From Candidatus Krumholzibacteriota bacterium (GTDB taxonomy: Bacteria; Krumholzibacteriota; Krumholzibacteriia; LZORAL124-64-63): a DNA stretch of 64,000 nt. The stretch covers positions 29,653-93,652 of the forward strand of contig JAJRWA010000048.1 in NCBI GenBank assembly GCA_024277025.1, written 5' to 3'. Within the stretch, counting starts at the first letter, position 1; every line of letters begins with the position of its first letter. The translations under genes and the position numbers were made by a program. Of the stretch, positions 35,368 through 45,270 are shown piece after piece. Below the pieces are notes generated by a model that saw only the letters and a program-made list of their open reading frames with translations, had not been told where the DNA came from and did not search any database.

Positions 35368-37184
35368 ACTTCAGCGGGTTGTTTGGTCCACCACAGGATC
35401 GTGTCGCGCAGTTGTTTGGCCTTCAGCGGCTTGGTCAGGAAGTCGTCCATGTTTGCGGCCAGGCACTTCTCCTTGTAGCCCGCCAGGGCGTGGGCCGTCA
35501 GGGCCACGATGGGAATGCGCCGGCCGGCATCCTCGAGCGCCCGAATCCTCGCGGTCGCGGCGAAACCGTCCATGACCGGCATCTGCACGTCCATCAGGAT
35601 CAGATCAAAACTGTTTTTCTCCCACAGGGCAACGCCCTCTTCGCCGTTCTCGGCCCATTTGATGTCGGCGCCGGCCTTCTGCAGGATGTGGGTGGCCAAC
35701 TTGGCGTTGACCAGGTTGTCTTCCACCAGCAGGATCCGGATTCCGCTCAGTTTCCGGTCATCGCCGTCGGCTGCCGGCGCGACGTCGGGCGTGGCGGCGA
35801 CCGGTGCCTGGCAGGAGGCCAGCGGCAAGGTGAAGGAGAACGTGCTGCCCTCGCCCTCGGTGCTCGCCAGTTTGATCTGGCCGTCCATCATGTTGATGAT
35901 GCGCGCGGAAATGGTCAGGCCCAGACCCGTGCCGCCGAACTGCCGTGTCGTGGTGCCGTCGGCCTGGCGGAAGGCTTCGAAAATGTGGGCCTGGTTGGCG
36001 GCCGGGATGCCGATGCCCGTGTCCTGCACGGCGAACCGGATCCGCGGCGAGTCGTTGCCCCGGTCCACGACGCTCACACTGAGCGTGACAGTGCCGTGTT
36101 CGGTGAATTTCAGGGCGTTGCCGACCAGGTTGGTCAGGACCTGCCAGAGGCGCAGGCTGTCCCCGAGCACCGCTTCGGGCAGGCCTGCCGCCAGCCTGAC
36201 TTCGAGTTTGTTGTGGCGGTCATCCGCCGCCGTCTGCAGCGGCTTGACGACGTTTTCCACCAGGTCGAGCAGGCGGAACGGCGCGGGATCCAGCTCGAAC
36301 TTGCCCGATTCGATCTTGGAGAAATCGAGAATCTAATTGATGACCCGCAGCAGGGTTTCACCCGAAATGCGGATGTCGTTCATGTACTCCCGCTGCGCCG
36401 GGTCCAGTTCGGTGTCGAGCATCAGGTTGGTCAGGCCGATGACCCCGTTCATCGGTGTGCGGATCTCATGGCTCATGTTGGCCAGGAACTCGCTCTTGGC
36501 GCGATTGGCCGCGACCACTTCGTCACGGGCGGCCTCCAGGTCATCCGCCCGCTGCCGCAAGTCTTCCTCGCGTTCGAGTCTCGTCCAGAACTCGCGATGG
36601 AAGTAGGCGCCCAGGGTGTGGACCTGGACCGTGTAGAACATCAGAAGCCCGGCCAGGGAGATCGCCCTGGTTTCGCCCGAGGCCAACAGCGTGATGATGT
36701 GCGGCAGCATGATCATGCCGACGAAGACGCGGAAGATCTTCATGCGGGGCGACAGGCTGCTGGTGGCGCTGGCCGCGATTCCGATACTGGTCATCACCAG
36801 GATGTAGTAGGACCAGCCCATACCGAAGTGGATCAGGACTCCGGCATTGCCCAGCCCCCAGACCAGGGCCGGAAACAGGGTGCCCAGGAAGAAGCGGTTC
36901 AGCCAGCGCCCGGGGTTCTTGTCGTAGCACGAGGCGAAGGATCGGGCCAACCGAATGCGCAAGAGCCCCGAGACCAGGTACAGGGCCGTCACACCCAACG
37001 ATGGCAACAGGGCTTCCGACTTGAGATCGGTCATCAGCATGACGATGATTGTCAGGGGCACATAGCTGAGGGCGACGCGCAGCGAACGGCGCGCCAGTTC
37101 CTGGTCGGCAGGACGGTTCAGCCGCAGGTTGTGGGCGGAATCACCTTGCTCGGTGGTCTGCAGGATTTGGGAATGTTCCATCAC
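35364..37184 (-). pseudogene. hybrid sensor histidine kinase (membrane sensor-HisKA-HATPase-REC) interrupted by an in-frame TAG; possible pseudogene or sequencing error
   Basis: The upstream half (36333..37184) has TM helices and an H-box, [18 protein letters not shown]...LLRVIN, then TAG (plus-strand cta at 36333-36335). Translation continues in frame as ILDFSKIESGKFEL. The second half (35364..36260 in the track) encodes HATPase_c (VGNALKFT...GGTGLGLTIS) and a receiver domain (ILLVEDNLVNAKL...DLILMDVQMPVMDG...TKPL). The stop replaces the conserved Asp of the NDILDFSKIE motif. Confidence 0.55.
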
Positions 37185-37399
37185 GGGTCCACAGGCCTCT
37201 TAGGGAAAAACAGGTGTACTTGTCACCATTATCGACCGCGGAAGTAACGTCTAAAGAATTCTTTGGCACCGCCGGCCAGCCCGAAACCGCCCTTGCGCCC
37301 TATCAATCCGCTCACCATCTTTGCGCCATGGACAACGACGACACAGCGATCTACCCCGTACTGCCGGCCGGTTTCGGCCGCTTCTTCAGGGATATATCC

Positions 37400-37885
37400 A
37401 TGCGGGTGACAGAGTTATCGGACGATGACCGCCTCTGGGTCAAGGAACGCACCGAGTTGCTATTCGGCGGCGATTTTGTTGTTTCCCGCTCCGAAGTCCA
37501 TGATCCCCACAAACTGCCGGGTTTCATCGCCACCGAGGGACGCGAGCGCGTCGGGCTCATCACCTATCATCTGGTCGATGATGTTTGCGAGATCGTGACC
37601 ATTGACGCTCTGTGCCAGTTCATGGGTGTCGGCACGATGCTCTTGGAAAAGGTGGAAAGCGTGGCCCGTGCGGCCGGCTGCACCAAGCTCTGGACCATCA
37701 CCACCAACGATCGTCTGGACGCGCAGCGGTTCTTCCAGAAGCGTGGCTTCGTGATCAGCGAGGTCAGGCTGGGGGCCATGACCAAGATCCGCCTGCTGAA
37801 GCCGAATGTGCCCAAGGTGGGTGACTACGGTATTCCGGTCCGTGATGAACTGGAATTCGAAAAGCCCCTGCTGCCGCTTGAATAG
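37400..37885 (+). CDS. GNAT-family N-acetyltransferase
   Basis: The acetyl-CoA binding region QFMGVGTMLLEKVESVARAAGCTKLW...RFFQKRGF. The start is uncertain; alternatives are ATG 37328 or 37214. Confidence 0.55.
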   Translation: MRVTELSDDDRLWVKERTELLFGGDFVVSRSEVHDPHKLPGFIATEGRERVGLITYHLVDDVCEIVTIDALCQFMGVGTMLLEKVESVARAAGCTKLWTITTNDRLDAQRFFQKRGFVISEVRLGAMTKIRLLKPNVPKVGDYGIPVRDELEFEKPLLPLE

Positions 37886-37891
37886 TCCTGC

Positions 37892-38593
37892 CTACCGCTC
37901 CTGCCTGCCATAGGCGCCTACCAGCCGGGAAATCAGCACCGCCAGAAAAAGCGTGCCCGTCAGGGCCTCGAGAATGGCCAGCGAGCGGGCAATGGGCGAC
38001 ACCGGGCTGATGTCCCCATAGCCCAGGGTCGTCAGCGTGACGAAGCTGAAATAGATCAGGTTCGCGCTGGGTGCCGTCGTTCCCCCGGCCAACGGTTGGG
38101 TGAACGCCTGCGGGTCCGTGGCCGCGACCGGCGCGTACAGGACGGTCCAGACCACGCCCAGCAGGACGTAGGTGCAAAGGGCGTAGCCGATGGTATCGAG
38201 AGTCACGCACTTCGCATTGAAGATCTTGATCAGCATGAGCCGGATGATCGCCAGGTACAAAGTCAGGACGAAGAGATAGGTCAGCCAGCGGAGCACCGGG
38301 TGGTCAACCACATCGGACAGGAAAGACAAGGCGATACTTGGGATGCCGAGGGCCAGTCCGGCCCACAGGTGGCGGTGGGAATCGGCCGCCACGATGATGA
38401 CGGCCAGCACGACCACGGCGTTGTAGATCGAGGGCAGCAGGCGCCCACCGGCGCCCAGGGCGGTCAGCAGGATCTGGCCGATCAGGGCCAGCAACAGGAT
38501 CAGCGTCCGGCTGCGGCCGGCGAGGTTGAACAGAAAAAAGCCGCTGTTGCCGCCGGCGTGCACGTACTGCTGTTCCTGATTCCGATGGGACAT
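37892..38593 (-). CDS. two-TM-type potassium channel family protein (Ion_trans_2)
   Basis: The selectivity filter TTLGYGD flanked by TM helices. Confidence 0.7.
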   Translation of the reverse strand: MSHRNQEQQYVHAGGNSGFFLFNLAGRSRTLILLLALIGQILLTALGAGGRLLPSIYNAVVVLAVIIVAADSHRHLWAGLALGIPSIALSFLSDVVDHPVLRWLTYLFVLTLYLAIIRLMLIKIFNAKCVTLDTIGYALCTYVLLGVVWTVLYAPVAATDPQAFTQPLAGGTTAPSANLIYFSFVTLTTLGYGDISPVSPIARSLAILEALTGTLFLAVLISRLVGAYGRQER

Positions 38594-38654
38594 GTCCGGG
38601 TCAGCTCTTCTTCCCGCCGTTCACGGCGTCCGGGTCAGTCGCATCCTAACCGGC

Positions 38655-41468
38655 TCACTTGGTCAGGACAACTCTTTGTGTGGCCTGGTCGCCGCGGCCG
38701 GCGACCAGCCGCACGAGATAGACCCCGCTGGCGGCCGTGCGGCCCCGGTCATCGCGCCCGTCCCACTGCAGTTGTCCGCGCGTGTCAGTGGTCGGTCCGC
38801 GGTAGAGCTGCCGGATCCGCCGCCCCCGCAGATCGTACACCGTCACCGCCAGAGGCCCGGGCCGCGCGATCGCATAGGAGATATTGACGACCGGATTGAA
38901 GGGATTCGGCCAGGCCGCCAACCGGGTCGTCACTGCGGTCGGCGGGCCGTCGGGTACCGGCGCCGGCGCGAGGCCGCGACCGAGCGTGATGCCGTCGATG
39001 AAGAAGCCGGCGCCGCTCACTCCGCTGTCCGATCCGAACGCCAGGCGGAAGCGGAACGAGCCCCCGGTCAGCCCGCTGATGTCAAAGACAGTGCCCGTCC
39101 AATGGTCGGAAGTCCCGGACCAGCCGGCCTGCTGGCCGAGGCCGCCCAGGAACAGATCACTGTAACCCTCGACGGGTGCCAGCAGGGTGGACGTGCTGTC
39201 GGTGCCGACAGTCAGATTCACGCCGTCGAAGTTGGCTTCCGTGGCGCTGAAGTAGTGGAAACTCAGGTAGTACGGCCCCGCGGACACGCCGCTCAGATCG
39301 TACAGGGGGCTGCTCAGGGTGTCGGCCTGGTCGTCGGCATAGCCCAGACCATCCATCCCGATCCCCCAGCACTGGCTGCCGGTGAAGGCGTCGGTCACGC
39401 CGGCCGGCGGGACCCCGTGGGTCCACAGACCCTGGCCCGCGGCGAAACCGCCGTCATCGGCGCCGAAATCCTCGCCGACCGGAGCGAGAACCGGGCTGAG
39501 AGTGACTGTGCCTGTGGCCCCGCCGGTCGAGAAGTCGAGCACCCGGGCGCCGAAGCCCGGCACGCCGTGGACCAGCACCTGGTCGCTCAGGCCCACCGGC
39601 ACCTGGGGCAGGACAAAAGAGCCGTCGGCGCCGCTGATCGCCGCCGGCACCGGCACGGTCAGCGGCTCGATGCGCGCGCCGGACAAAGGCAGCCCGTTGC
39701 CGTAGACCACGCCCGCGATATCCACCCGCGCCACCGGGGTCAGGACCATATCCGCGACAACCGGGCTGCCCAGGGCAATGACCGCCGCCGTGCTGTCCGG
39801 TTCGTAGCCAAAGAGGGAAAACCCGATTTCCGTGGGGCCGACCAGCAGGGGCAGACGCCAACTGCCGGCAGCATCGGTCAGGGTGGTTGCGCCGCCGCCG
39901 CTGACGGCCACCAGCACCCCGGCCACGGGCAGGCCCGTGGCCTGGTCCGTCACCACCCCCGACACCTCGCCAATGCCGGTGTCGGCCAGGGCGTAGGCGG
40001 CGACCAGATCGGGCCGGGTGCCGATCAGCTGCGGTCCGTTGACCGGGGTGCCGGTCTGGCGCAACAGATCCCGGGCCAGGCGGGCGTCCAGACTGAAGCC
40101 GTGCCGGGCGCGGACCATGCCCGCCAGGCTGACCACCGCGCCGGTCACCACGGGGGTGGCGCTGCTGGTTCCGTTGAACTGGGCGGTGTACCACTGCTGC
40201 TCGGGAAACTCCGGCGAACCCTGCAGGTCGCCATAGGCCAGAGTGGTCACATCGAAGCCCCAGCCGTTGAGGTCCACCCGCTGGCCGTGGTTGGTGAAGT
40301 AGGCCGGATCGAGCGTGACCCCATCGGTGGCCCCGACCAGGATGGCGCCGCTGTGGCGGACGGCCGGATCGAACAGCCCCTGATAGATGGCGGCGTCCAG
40401 ATCGACCGCGCCGTTGCCGGCCGCTTCGAGCACCATGATCCCCTGCCGGGTGACCGCCTCGATGGCCGCGAAGTTGTCCTGCCAGAATTCCATGGGCACG
40501 TAGCCCTCCTGGCCGACTCCGGTGGCCTCGGGCCCGGGCGCGTGCAGCTCGATGACAATGACATCACCGGGTCCGAGCAGGGCGCCTGCGGCCAGGATCG
40601 CTTCGCTGGTGGACTGGTCACCGATGGACGAACTGCCCACGGCACAGGCCGGGGCGATGCCGGTCACGCCCAACCCGTTGTCCTGGCCCCGGATCACGCC
40701 GAGCACCGCCGTGCCATGCCAGCGCCAACTGCCGCTGTCGATGTGGGTGCCGAGATCAGCCAGGGGCGCCGGCAGGTCCTCGTGGCTCCACAGCCAGGCA
40801 CCTTCGACATCGATCACCTGCACGCCGGCCCCCAGGGCGCCGGCCTGGCCGCGCATGCTCAAGGCGCCGATGCCCGCGGGCGCATCGGCCAGATACCCCT
40901 GCAGGTGCTCAAACGAGGCCGAAGCGGTATCGGCGGCTGCCGAGGGGAACCCGGGACCGGTTCGGCCGAAGTCCAGCACCGCCGGTGTGGCCACCGGCTC
41001 CAACCAGGCCAAATCGATGGCGGGGTCGTCCTGCAGTCGGGCGACCAGCTTGTTCAGTACCTGACGGTCGCGTGTTCCGGCCTCGAACTGGGCGTAGCGG
41101 GCCAGCGGCAAGTAGCGGGCGCGGTCCTCGGCTTGGGCCAGGCCGCGCGCGGCGGTCGGCATTCTGGCGGTCAGCCGGGCGCCCGGGACCAGATTCGTGA
41201 CCAGGTTCAGCACCCGCCGGCCATTGCCGGCAGCCTTGGCCGGGGCGGTAACTGACACGCCATCCGGCCCCATGTGCAGCCCCGCCGTGGGGGCAAAACG
41301 GATGACCAGCCGGCCGCTGGGTGCGGTCGTCTGCAAACGTGGTGAACCACCGGGACTTGCCGGATCCGGCGCCGCAACCAGCCTGTTGGGGCCGCCAAAA
41401 ACGCTCGATATCACAAAAACGGCCAAAAAATAACGAAAAACGCCGGTCCAGGTGATTTTCCTGTTCAT
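38655..41468 (-). CDS. secreted S8-family subtilisin-like serine peptidase with Cpd-reg-like domains and C-terminal T9SS sorting domain
   Basis: Catalytic triad contexts DSGSWRWHGTAVLGV and GTSSATPVVTGA. Repeated beta-sandwich GVVTDQATGLPVAGVLVAV. C-terminal WPNPFNPVVNISYAI...VTVYDLRGRRI...SGVYLVRLV. Confidence 0.8.
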   Translation of the reverse strand: MNRKITWTGVFRYFLAVFVISSVFGGPNRLVAAPDPASPGGSPRLQTTAPSGRLVIRFAPTAGLHMGPDGVSVTAPAKAAGNGRRVLNLVTNLVPGARLTARMPTAARGLAQAEDRARYLPLARYAQFEAGTRDRQVLNKLVARLQDDPAIDLAWLEPVATPAVLDFGRTGPGFPSAAADTASASFEHLQGYLADAPAGIGALSMRGQAGALGAGVQVIDVEGAWLWSHEDLPAPLADLGTHIDSGSWRWHGTAVLGVIRGQDNGLGVTGIAPACAVGSSSIGDQSTSEAILAAGALLGPGDVIVIELHAPGPEATGVGQEGYVPMEFWQDNFAAIEAVTRQGIMVLEAAGNGAVDLDAAIYQGLFDPAVRHSGAILVGATDGVTLDPAYFTNHGQRVDLNGWGFDVTTLAYGDLQGSPEFPEQQWYTAQFNGTSSATPVVTGAVVSLAGMVRARHGFSLDARLARDLLRQTGTPVNGPQLIGTRPDLVAAYALADTGIGEVSGVVTDQATGLPVAGVLVAVSGGGATTLTDAAGSWRLPLLVGPTEIGFSLFGYEPDSTAAVIALGSPVVADMVLTPVARVDIAGVVYGNGLPLSGARIEPLTVPVPAAISGADGSFVLPQVPVGLSDQVLVHGVPGFGARVLDFSTGGATGTVTLSPVLAPVGEDFGADDGGFAAGQGLWTHGVPPAGVTDAFTGSQCWGIGMDGLGYADDQADTLSSPLYDLSGVSAGPYYLSFHYFSATEANFDGVNLTVGTDSTSTLLAPVEGYSDLFLGGLGQQAGWSGTSDHWTGTVFDISGLTGGSFRFRLAFGSDSGVSGAGFFIDGITLGRGLAPAPVPDGPPTAVTTRLAAWPNPFNPVVNISYAIARPGPLAVTVYDLRGRRIRQLYRGPTTDTRGQLQWDGRDDRGRTAASGVYLVRLVAGRGDQATQRVVLTK

Positions 41469-41618
41469 GTATTTCCCCTCGGTCCTCTATGATGGGCCCA
41501 ATCGGATACCTGAGTTCGGTGGCTTTGGCCTCAATTATACCAAATCCCACCTCGTTCCGCCGGATTTTGGGACCAGACCGAAACTTCTGTTCTCGCGAAC
41601 CCCGTCCCGGAGGCTGAA

Positions 41619-43400
41619 ATGGACGCCCAGCAAAAGGTCGCAGCGCTACGCAAGCTGATGAAGAAAAACAAGGTGGATGCCTACTACATCCCCAGCGCCG
41701 ACCCCCACATGAGCGAGTATCTGCCTGACTGCTGGAAGTACCGGGACTGGTTGAGTGGCTTTAGCGGTTCGGCGGGCGAACTGATCATCGGGGCGCGCAA
41801 GGCCGGCCTGTGGACCGACGGCCGCTATTTTCTGCAGGCTGGCAACGAGCTCAAGGGTTCAGGCATCGACCTGATGAAGCTGGGCGAGCCCGGCACGCCG
41901 TCCATGACCGCCTGGGTCGCCGGTACCCTGAAGAAGGGTCAGGCCCTGGGCGTGGACCCGACGGTGATCTCGGTGGCCTCGGCCGAGCAGTTCGAGCGGG
42001 CTCTGGCACCCCACGGGATCAAGGTCAAATTCCTGCGCACCAATCTGGTGAACAAGTTGTTGGAGGACCGTCCGGAGCCCAGCCTGGCGCCGATCGTCAA
42101 TCACAGCTCCAAGTTTGCCGGCGAGACGGTGGGCAACAAGATGAAGCGCGTGCGCGAGGCCATGAAACAGGCCGGGACCAGGGCCCACGTCATCGGCGCC
42201 CTCGACCAGGTGGCCTGGCTGCTGAACATCCGCTCCAATGACATCGCCTACACGCCCGTGGTGATCAGCTACGTGCTGCTGACCGAGCGCGGCTGCAACC
42301 TGTACGTCGACCAGCGCAAGGTGCCGAAGGGCTTCAAGGTGGCGCTGCGCAAGCGGGCCACGCTCAAACCGTATGACGCGATCTGGAATGATCTGAAGGC
42401 CCTGGCCAAGAAGAAGCAGAAGATCTGGATCGATCCGGTCACGACCAACCGGCGGGTGGTCGACGAACTCAGGGGTTGCACCTTCCACCAGGCAGCCAGT
42501 CCGATCACGGCCATGAAGGCGATCAAGAACCAGGTGCAGATCACCGGAATCACCAACGCCCATCGGCGTGACGGCGTGGCCATGGTCCGTTTCCTGAAAT
42601 GGCTGGAGAAGGCGGTGCCGAAGGGCGATGTGACCGAGATCTCGGCCGCCGACCAGCTCGAGGCCTTCCGGGCCATGGGTGACGGCTTCAAGGACCTGAG
42701 CTTCAACACGATCAGTGGGTACGCGGCCAACGGCGCGATCATCCACTACGGGCCGAGCAAGAAGAGCAACGCCAAGCTCAAGCCGCAGGGGCTGTACCTG
42801 ATCGACAGCGGCGGGCAGTATCCGGACGGGACGACCGACATCACGCGGACCCTGGCCCTGGGCAAACCCACGCCCAGGCAGATCGACTGCTTTACGCGGG
42901 TGCTGATGGGCACGATCGACTGCACGATCACCCCCTTCCCCGCCGGCACGCCGGGTTACCGCAACGAGATGTTCGCGCGCAAGGCCCTGTGGGAGATCGG
43001 CGAGGACTACGCCCATGGCACCGGCCACGGGGTGGGGCAGTATCTGGGCGTGCACGAGGGGCCGCACAGCCTGAAGAACCTCATGACGCCGCCCTTTGTC
43101 GAGGGCAACCTGATGTCGATCGAGCCGGGGCACTACGAGGCGGGCAAGTTCGGCATCCGCATCGAGCATCTGGCCTTCGTGGTCAAGCACGAGAAATTCA
43201 GCACCAGGGAGCGCACCTGGTACACCTTCCATCCGGTGACGCTGTGCCCGATCGATCGCCGGCTGGTCAACAAGAAGATCATGACGCGGGTTCAGATCGA
43301 TTGGTTGAACAACTACCACAAGCGGTGCTATCAGGAGCTGGCCTCGAGCCTGGACAAGGATCACCGCGAGTGGCTGCAGAAAGCCTGTCGCCCGATCTAG
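41619..43400 (+). CDS. pepP: Xaa-Pro aminopeptidase (M24B, aminopeptidase P, three-domain eukaryote-like form)
   Basis: Creatinase-N-like N-terminal domains. M24 metal ligands in context: DSGGQYPDGTTDITRT, HGTGHGVG, SIEPGHYE. Confidence 0.85.
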   Translation: MDAQQKVAALRKLMKKNKVDAYYIPSADPHMSEYLPDCWKYRDWLSGFSGSAGELIIGARKAGLWTDGRYFLQAGNELKGSGIDLMKLGEPGTPSMTAWVAGTLKKGQALGVDPTVISVASAEQFERALAPHGIKVKFLRTNLVNKLLEDRPEPSLAPIVNHSSKFAGETVGNKMKRVREAMKQAGTRAHVIGALDQVAWLLNIRSNDIAYTPVVISYVLLTERGCNLYVDQRKVPKGFKVALRKRATLKPYDAIWNDLKALAKKKQKIWIDPVTTNRRVVDELRGCTFHQAASPITAMKAIKNQVQITGITNAHRRDGVAMVRFLKWLEKAVPKGDVTEISAADQLEAFRAMGDGFKDLSFNTISGYAANGAIIHYGPSKKSNAKLKPQGLYLIDSGGQYPDGTTDITRTLALGKPTPRQIDCFTRVLMGTIDCTITPFPAGTPGYRNEMFARKALWEIGEDYAHGTGHGVGQYLGVHEGPHSLKNLMTPPFVEGNLMSIEPGHYEAGKFGIRIEHLAFVVKHEKFSTRERTWYTFHPVTLCPIDRRLVNKKIMTRVQIDWLNNYHKRCYQELASSLDKDHREWLQKACRPI

Positions 43401-43426
43401 GACCCGGGACGGACGGGAGCCGCCGC

Positions 43427-44251
43427 GTGACTTCGTCGCCGAAAGACCAGGGTGCGTTTGCCGGCTCGAGCTGGAATCCCGAGCAGTACAACAAGTTCGC
43501 CGATAGTCGCTCGCGACCCGGCTGGGATCTTCTCAACCGGATCGCCGACTGTTCGCCGGCGGTCATCTACGATCTGGGGTGCGGCACCGGCCGGCTGACC
43601 CGGGCTCTGGCCGAGCGCTGGCCGGCCGCGCAGGTCATCGGCGTCGATCATTCGCCGGAGATGCTGGCGGCCGCCGCCGAGGGCGGTGGCCCCATCGAGT
43701 GGCGGCGGGCCGATCTGCAGGATTGGCTGCCCGACGAGCGGCCGGATCTGCTCTACGCCAACGCGTCCCTGCACTGGGTCACCGACCACGCCACGGTCTT
43801 TCCCCGCCTGCTCAACAGTCTGAACCCGGGCGGCTGCCTGGCGGTGCAGATGCCGCTCAGCTGGGCGCTGCCCTCGCACCGGCTCATGCGCGAAACGCTG
43901 GTTGACGGTGGTCCCGGCGGCCGGCCGTTGGGCCCGCCGGAGCTGCGCCAGGCCGTGGCCCGCAACTGGGTGGGCACCGCCGCCGGATACCATGAGATGC
44001 TGGCCGGGCTGACCGATAGCCTGGAGATCTGGGAGACGGAATACCTGCAGGTGCTGGCGGGTGACGATCCGGTGCTGGCCTGGGTGCGCAGCACCGGCCT
44101 GCGGCCCATCCTCAACAGCCTGGACCAACAGGAACGGGACCTGTTCTTGGCGGCCTACGCCCAGCGGCTGCGGGCGGCCTACCCCGTGCGAAAGGACGGC
44201 CGCACCCTCTTCCCCTTCCGGCGCCTGTTCCTGGTGGCCAGGGTCCGCTAG
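43427..44251 (+). CDS. tam: trans-aconitate 2-methyltransferase
   Basis: WNPEQYNKFADSRSRPGWDLL, DLGCGTGRLT, LYANASLHWVTDHATVFPRLLNSLNPGGCLAVQMP and LFPFRRLFLVARV align by eye along the full length with E. coli Tam. The start was taken as the in-frame GTG at 43427 (GGGAG upstream), since no ATG precedes the conserved WNP motif. Confidence 0.75.
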   Translation: MTSSPKDQGAFAGSSWNPEQYNKFADSRSRPGWDLLNRIADCSPAVIYDLGCGTGRLTRALAERWPAAQVIGVDHSPEMLAAAAEGGGPIEWRRADLQDWLPDERPDLLYANASLHWVTDHATVFPRLLNSLNPGGCLAVQMPLSWALPSHRLMRETLVDGGPGGRPLGPPELRQAVARNWVGTAAGYHEMLAGLTDSLEIWETEYLQVLAGDDPVLAWVRSTGLRPILNSLDQQERDLFLAAYAQRLRAAYPVRKDGRTLFPFRRLFLVARVR

Positions 44252-45120
44252 GCCGGCTGGGCGCCGCGGTGACCCATGATGCGCGCAACGGCGGCCCGCT
44301 GTTCTTCACTTTTCGCCTCGATCAGCCGTTCGTAGTAGGCGGAACAATGTTCCGGCTCGATGTGCTGGACGGTCGGCAGATCCCACGCCGTATCGTAGCC
44401 GAACGCCTGCAGAAAGGGATCCATGGCCGGCCGGTAGTGGGAGACGTCCGCGGGGGTGAACCACTGGCGCCAACTGCCGGCCTGTTTGGTGCGCACCACG
44501 CGGCTGTGCTTCCGGTCGACCTGTCCGGAGCCGGAGAGTTCGAACCCGAGGTAGGCCGCCAACCCGGCCAGGTCGTCCTGCACGAAATCCTCGTAGCGGA
44601 CGAAGTGGAATCCGGTCAGGGATTGGAACAGGGTCACGGCGTCCGGGGGCGCGGGGGCCGCCGTCGTGGGGGGCGCGGCTGCCGGGCCTGCAGCCTGCTG
44701 CAGTTCCCGGTCGAGTTCTTCGATTTCCCGGACGCTCACCGGGCGCCGGCCGCTTTCCTTCTCGCGCAGCAGGTCGGCCATGCGGGCGGTCTTGTCCGGC
44801 GCCATGAAATAGTCGCTGTGGTAGCCCAGCCGGTAGAGCAGGGCGCTGATATGGCGGTCGCGGGGGTCGCGGATGATGGCGATCTTCCGGTCGAAGGCGT
44901 CGAACGAATCGAGATCGACCGGGGCGGCGCCGCCAATGAGCGTCTTGGCCACAACGTGGTCGGCGCCCGGATCGAGCTGCGGGGGGCAGGCGGTCCGTTC
45001 GAAGAGTTCCTGCACCACACCGTCCAGCGAGTTGCGCAGCCGGTAGTGCAGGCCGGTGGTGCCCGTCTTGGCTTGCCCGACGATCAGGATTTTCACGGCG
45101 CCATTCCTTGTCCTGGCCAC
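44248..45120 (-). CDS. sulfotransferase-family protein
   Basis: A 5'-PSB-like P-loop KILIVGQAKTGTTGL and a 3'-PB-like IIRDPRDRHISALLY. Confidence 0.55.
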   Translation of the reverse strand: MARTRNGAVKILIVGQAKTGTTGLHYRLRNSLDGVVQELFERTACPPQLDPGADHVVAKTLIGGAAPVDLDSFDAFDRKIAIIRDPRDRHISALLYRLGYHSDYFMAPDKTARMADLLREKESGRRPVSVREIEELDRELQQAAGPAAAPPTTAAPAPPDAVTLFQSLTGFHFVRYEDFVQDDLAGLAAYLGFELSGSGQVDRKHSRVVRTKQAGSWRQWFTPADVSHYRPAMDPFLQAFGYDTAWDLPTVQHIEPEHCSAYYERLIEAKSEEQRAAVARIMGHRGAQPA

Positions 45121-45270
45121 TTTTCAGGCAGACTGACGGCACCGGGCGGGCCAAAGGGGGTCCGTGCCGTCGAAATCGGTTATACTCTGGCCGGATGTGC
45201 AATTGTGGGGCCGGAATGGTACCGGCCGCCGCAGTCAATGGTGTCTGGTCCAACGTGAACGCGAGGACGC

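Noticed and set aside
35043-37247. 734-aa plus-strand ORF spanning the histidine-kinase locus
   Set aside because: A shadow ORF. The minus strand encodes recognisable HisKA/HATPase/REC motifs, and the plus-strand product is Arg/Gly/Ala-rich with no motifs.
38592-41255. 887-aa plus-strand ORF antisense to the S8 peptidase
   Set aside because: A shadow ORF in high-GC DNA. The minus strand has the subtilase catalytic motifs and a T9SS CTD.
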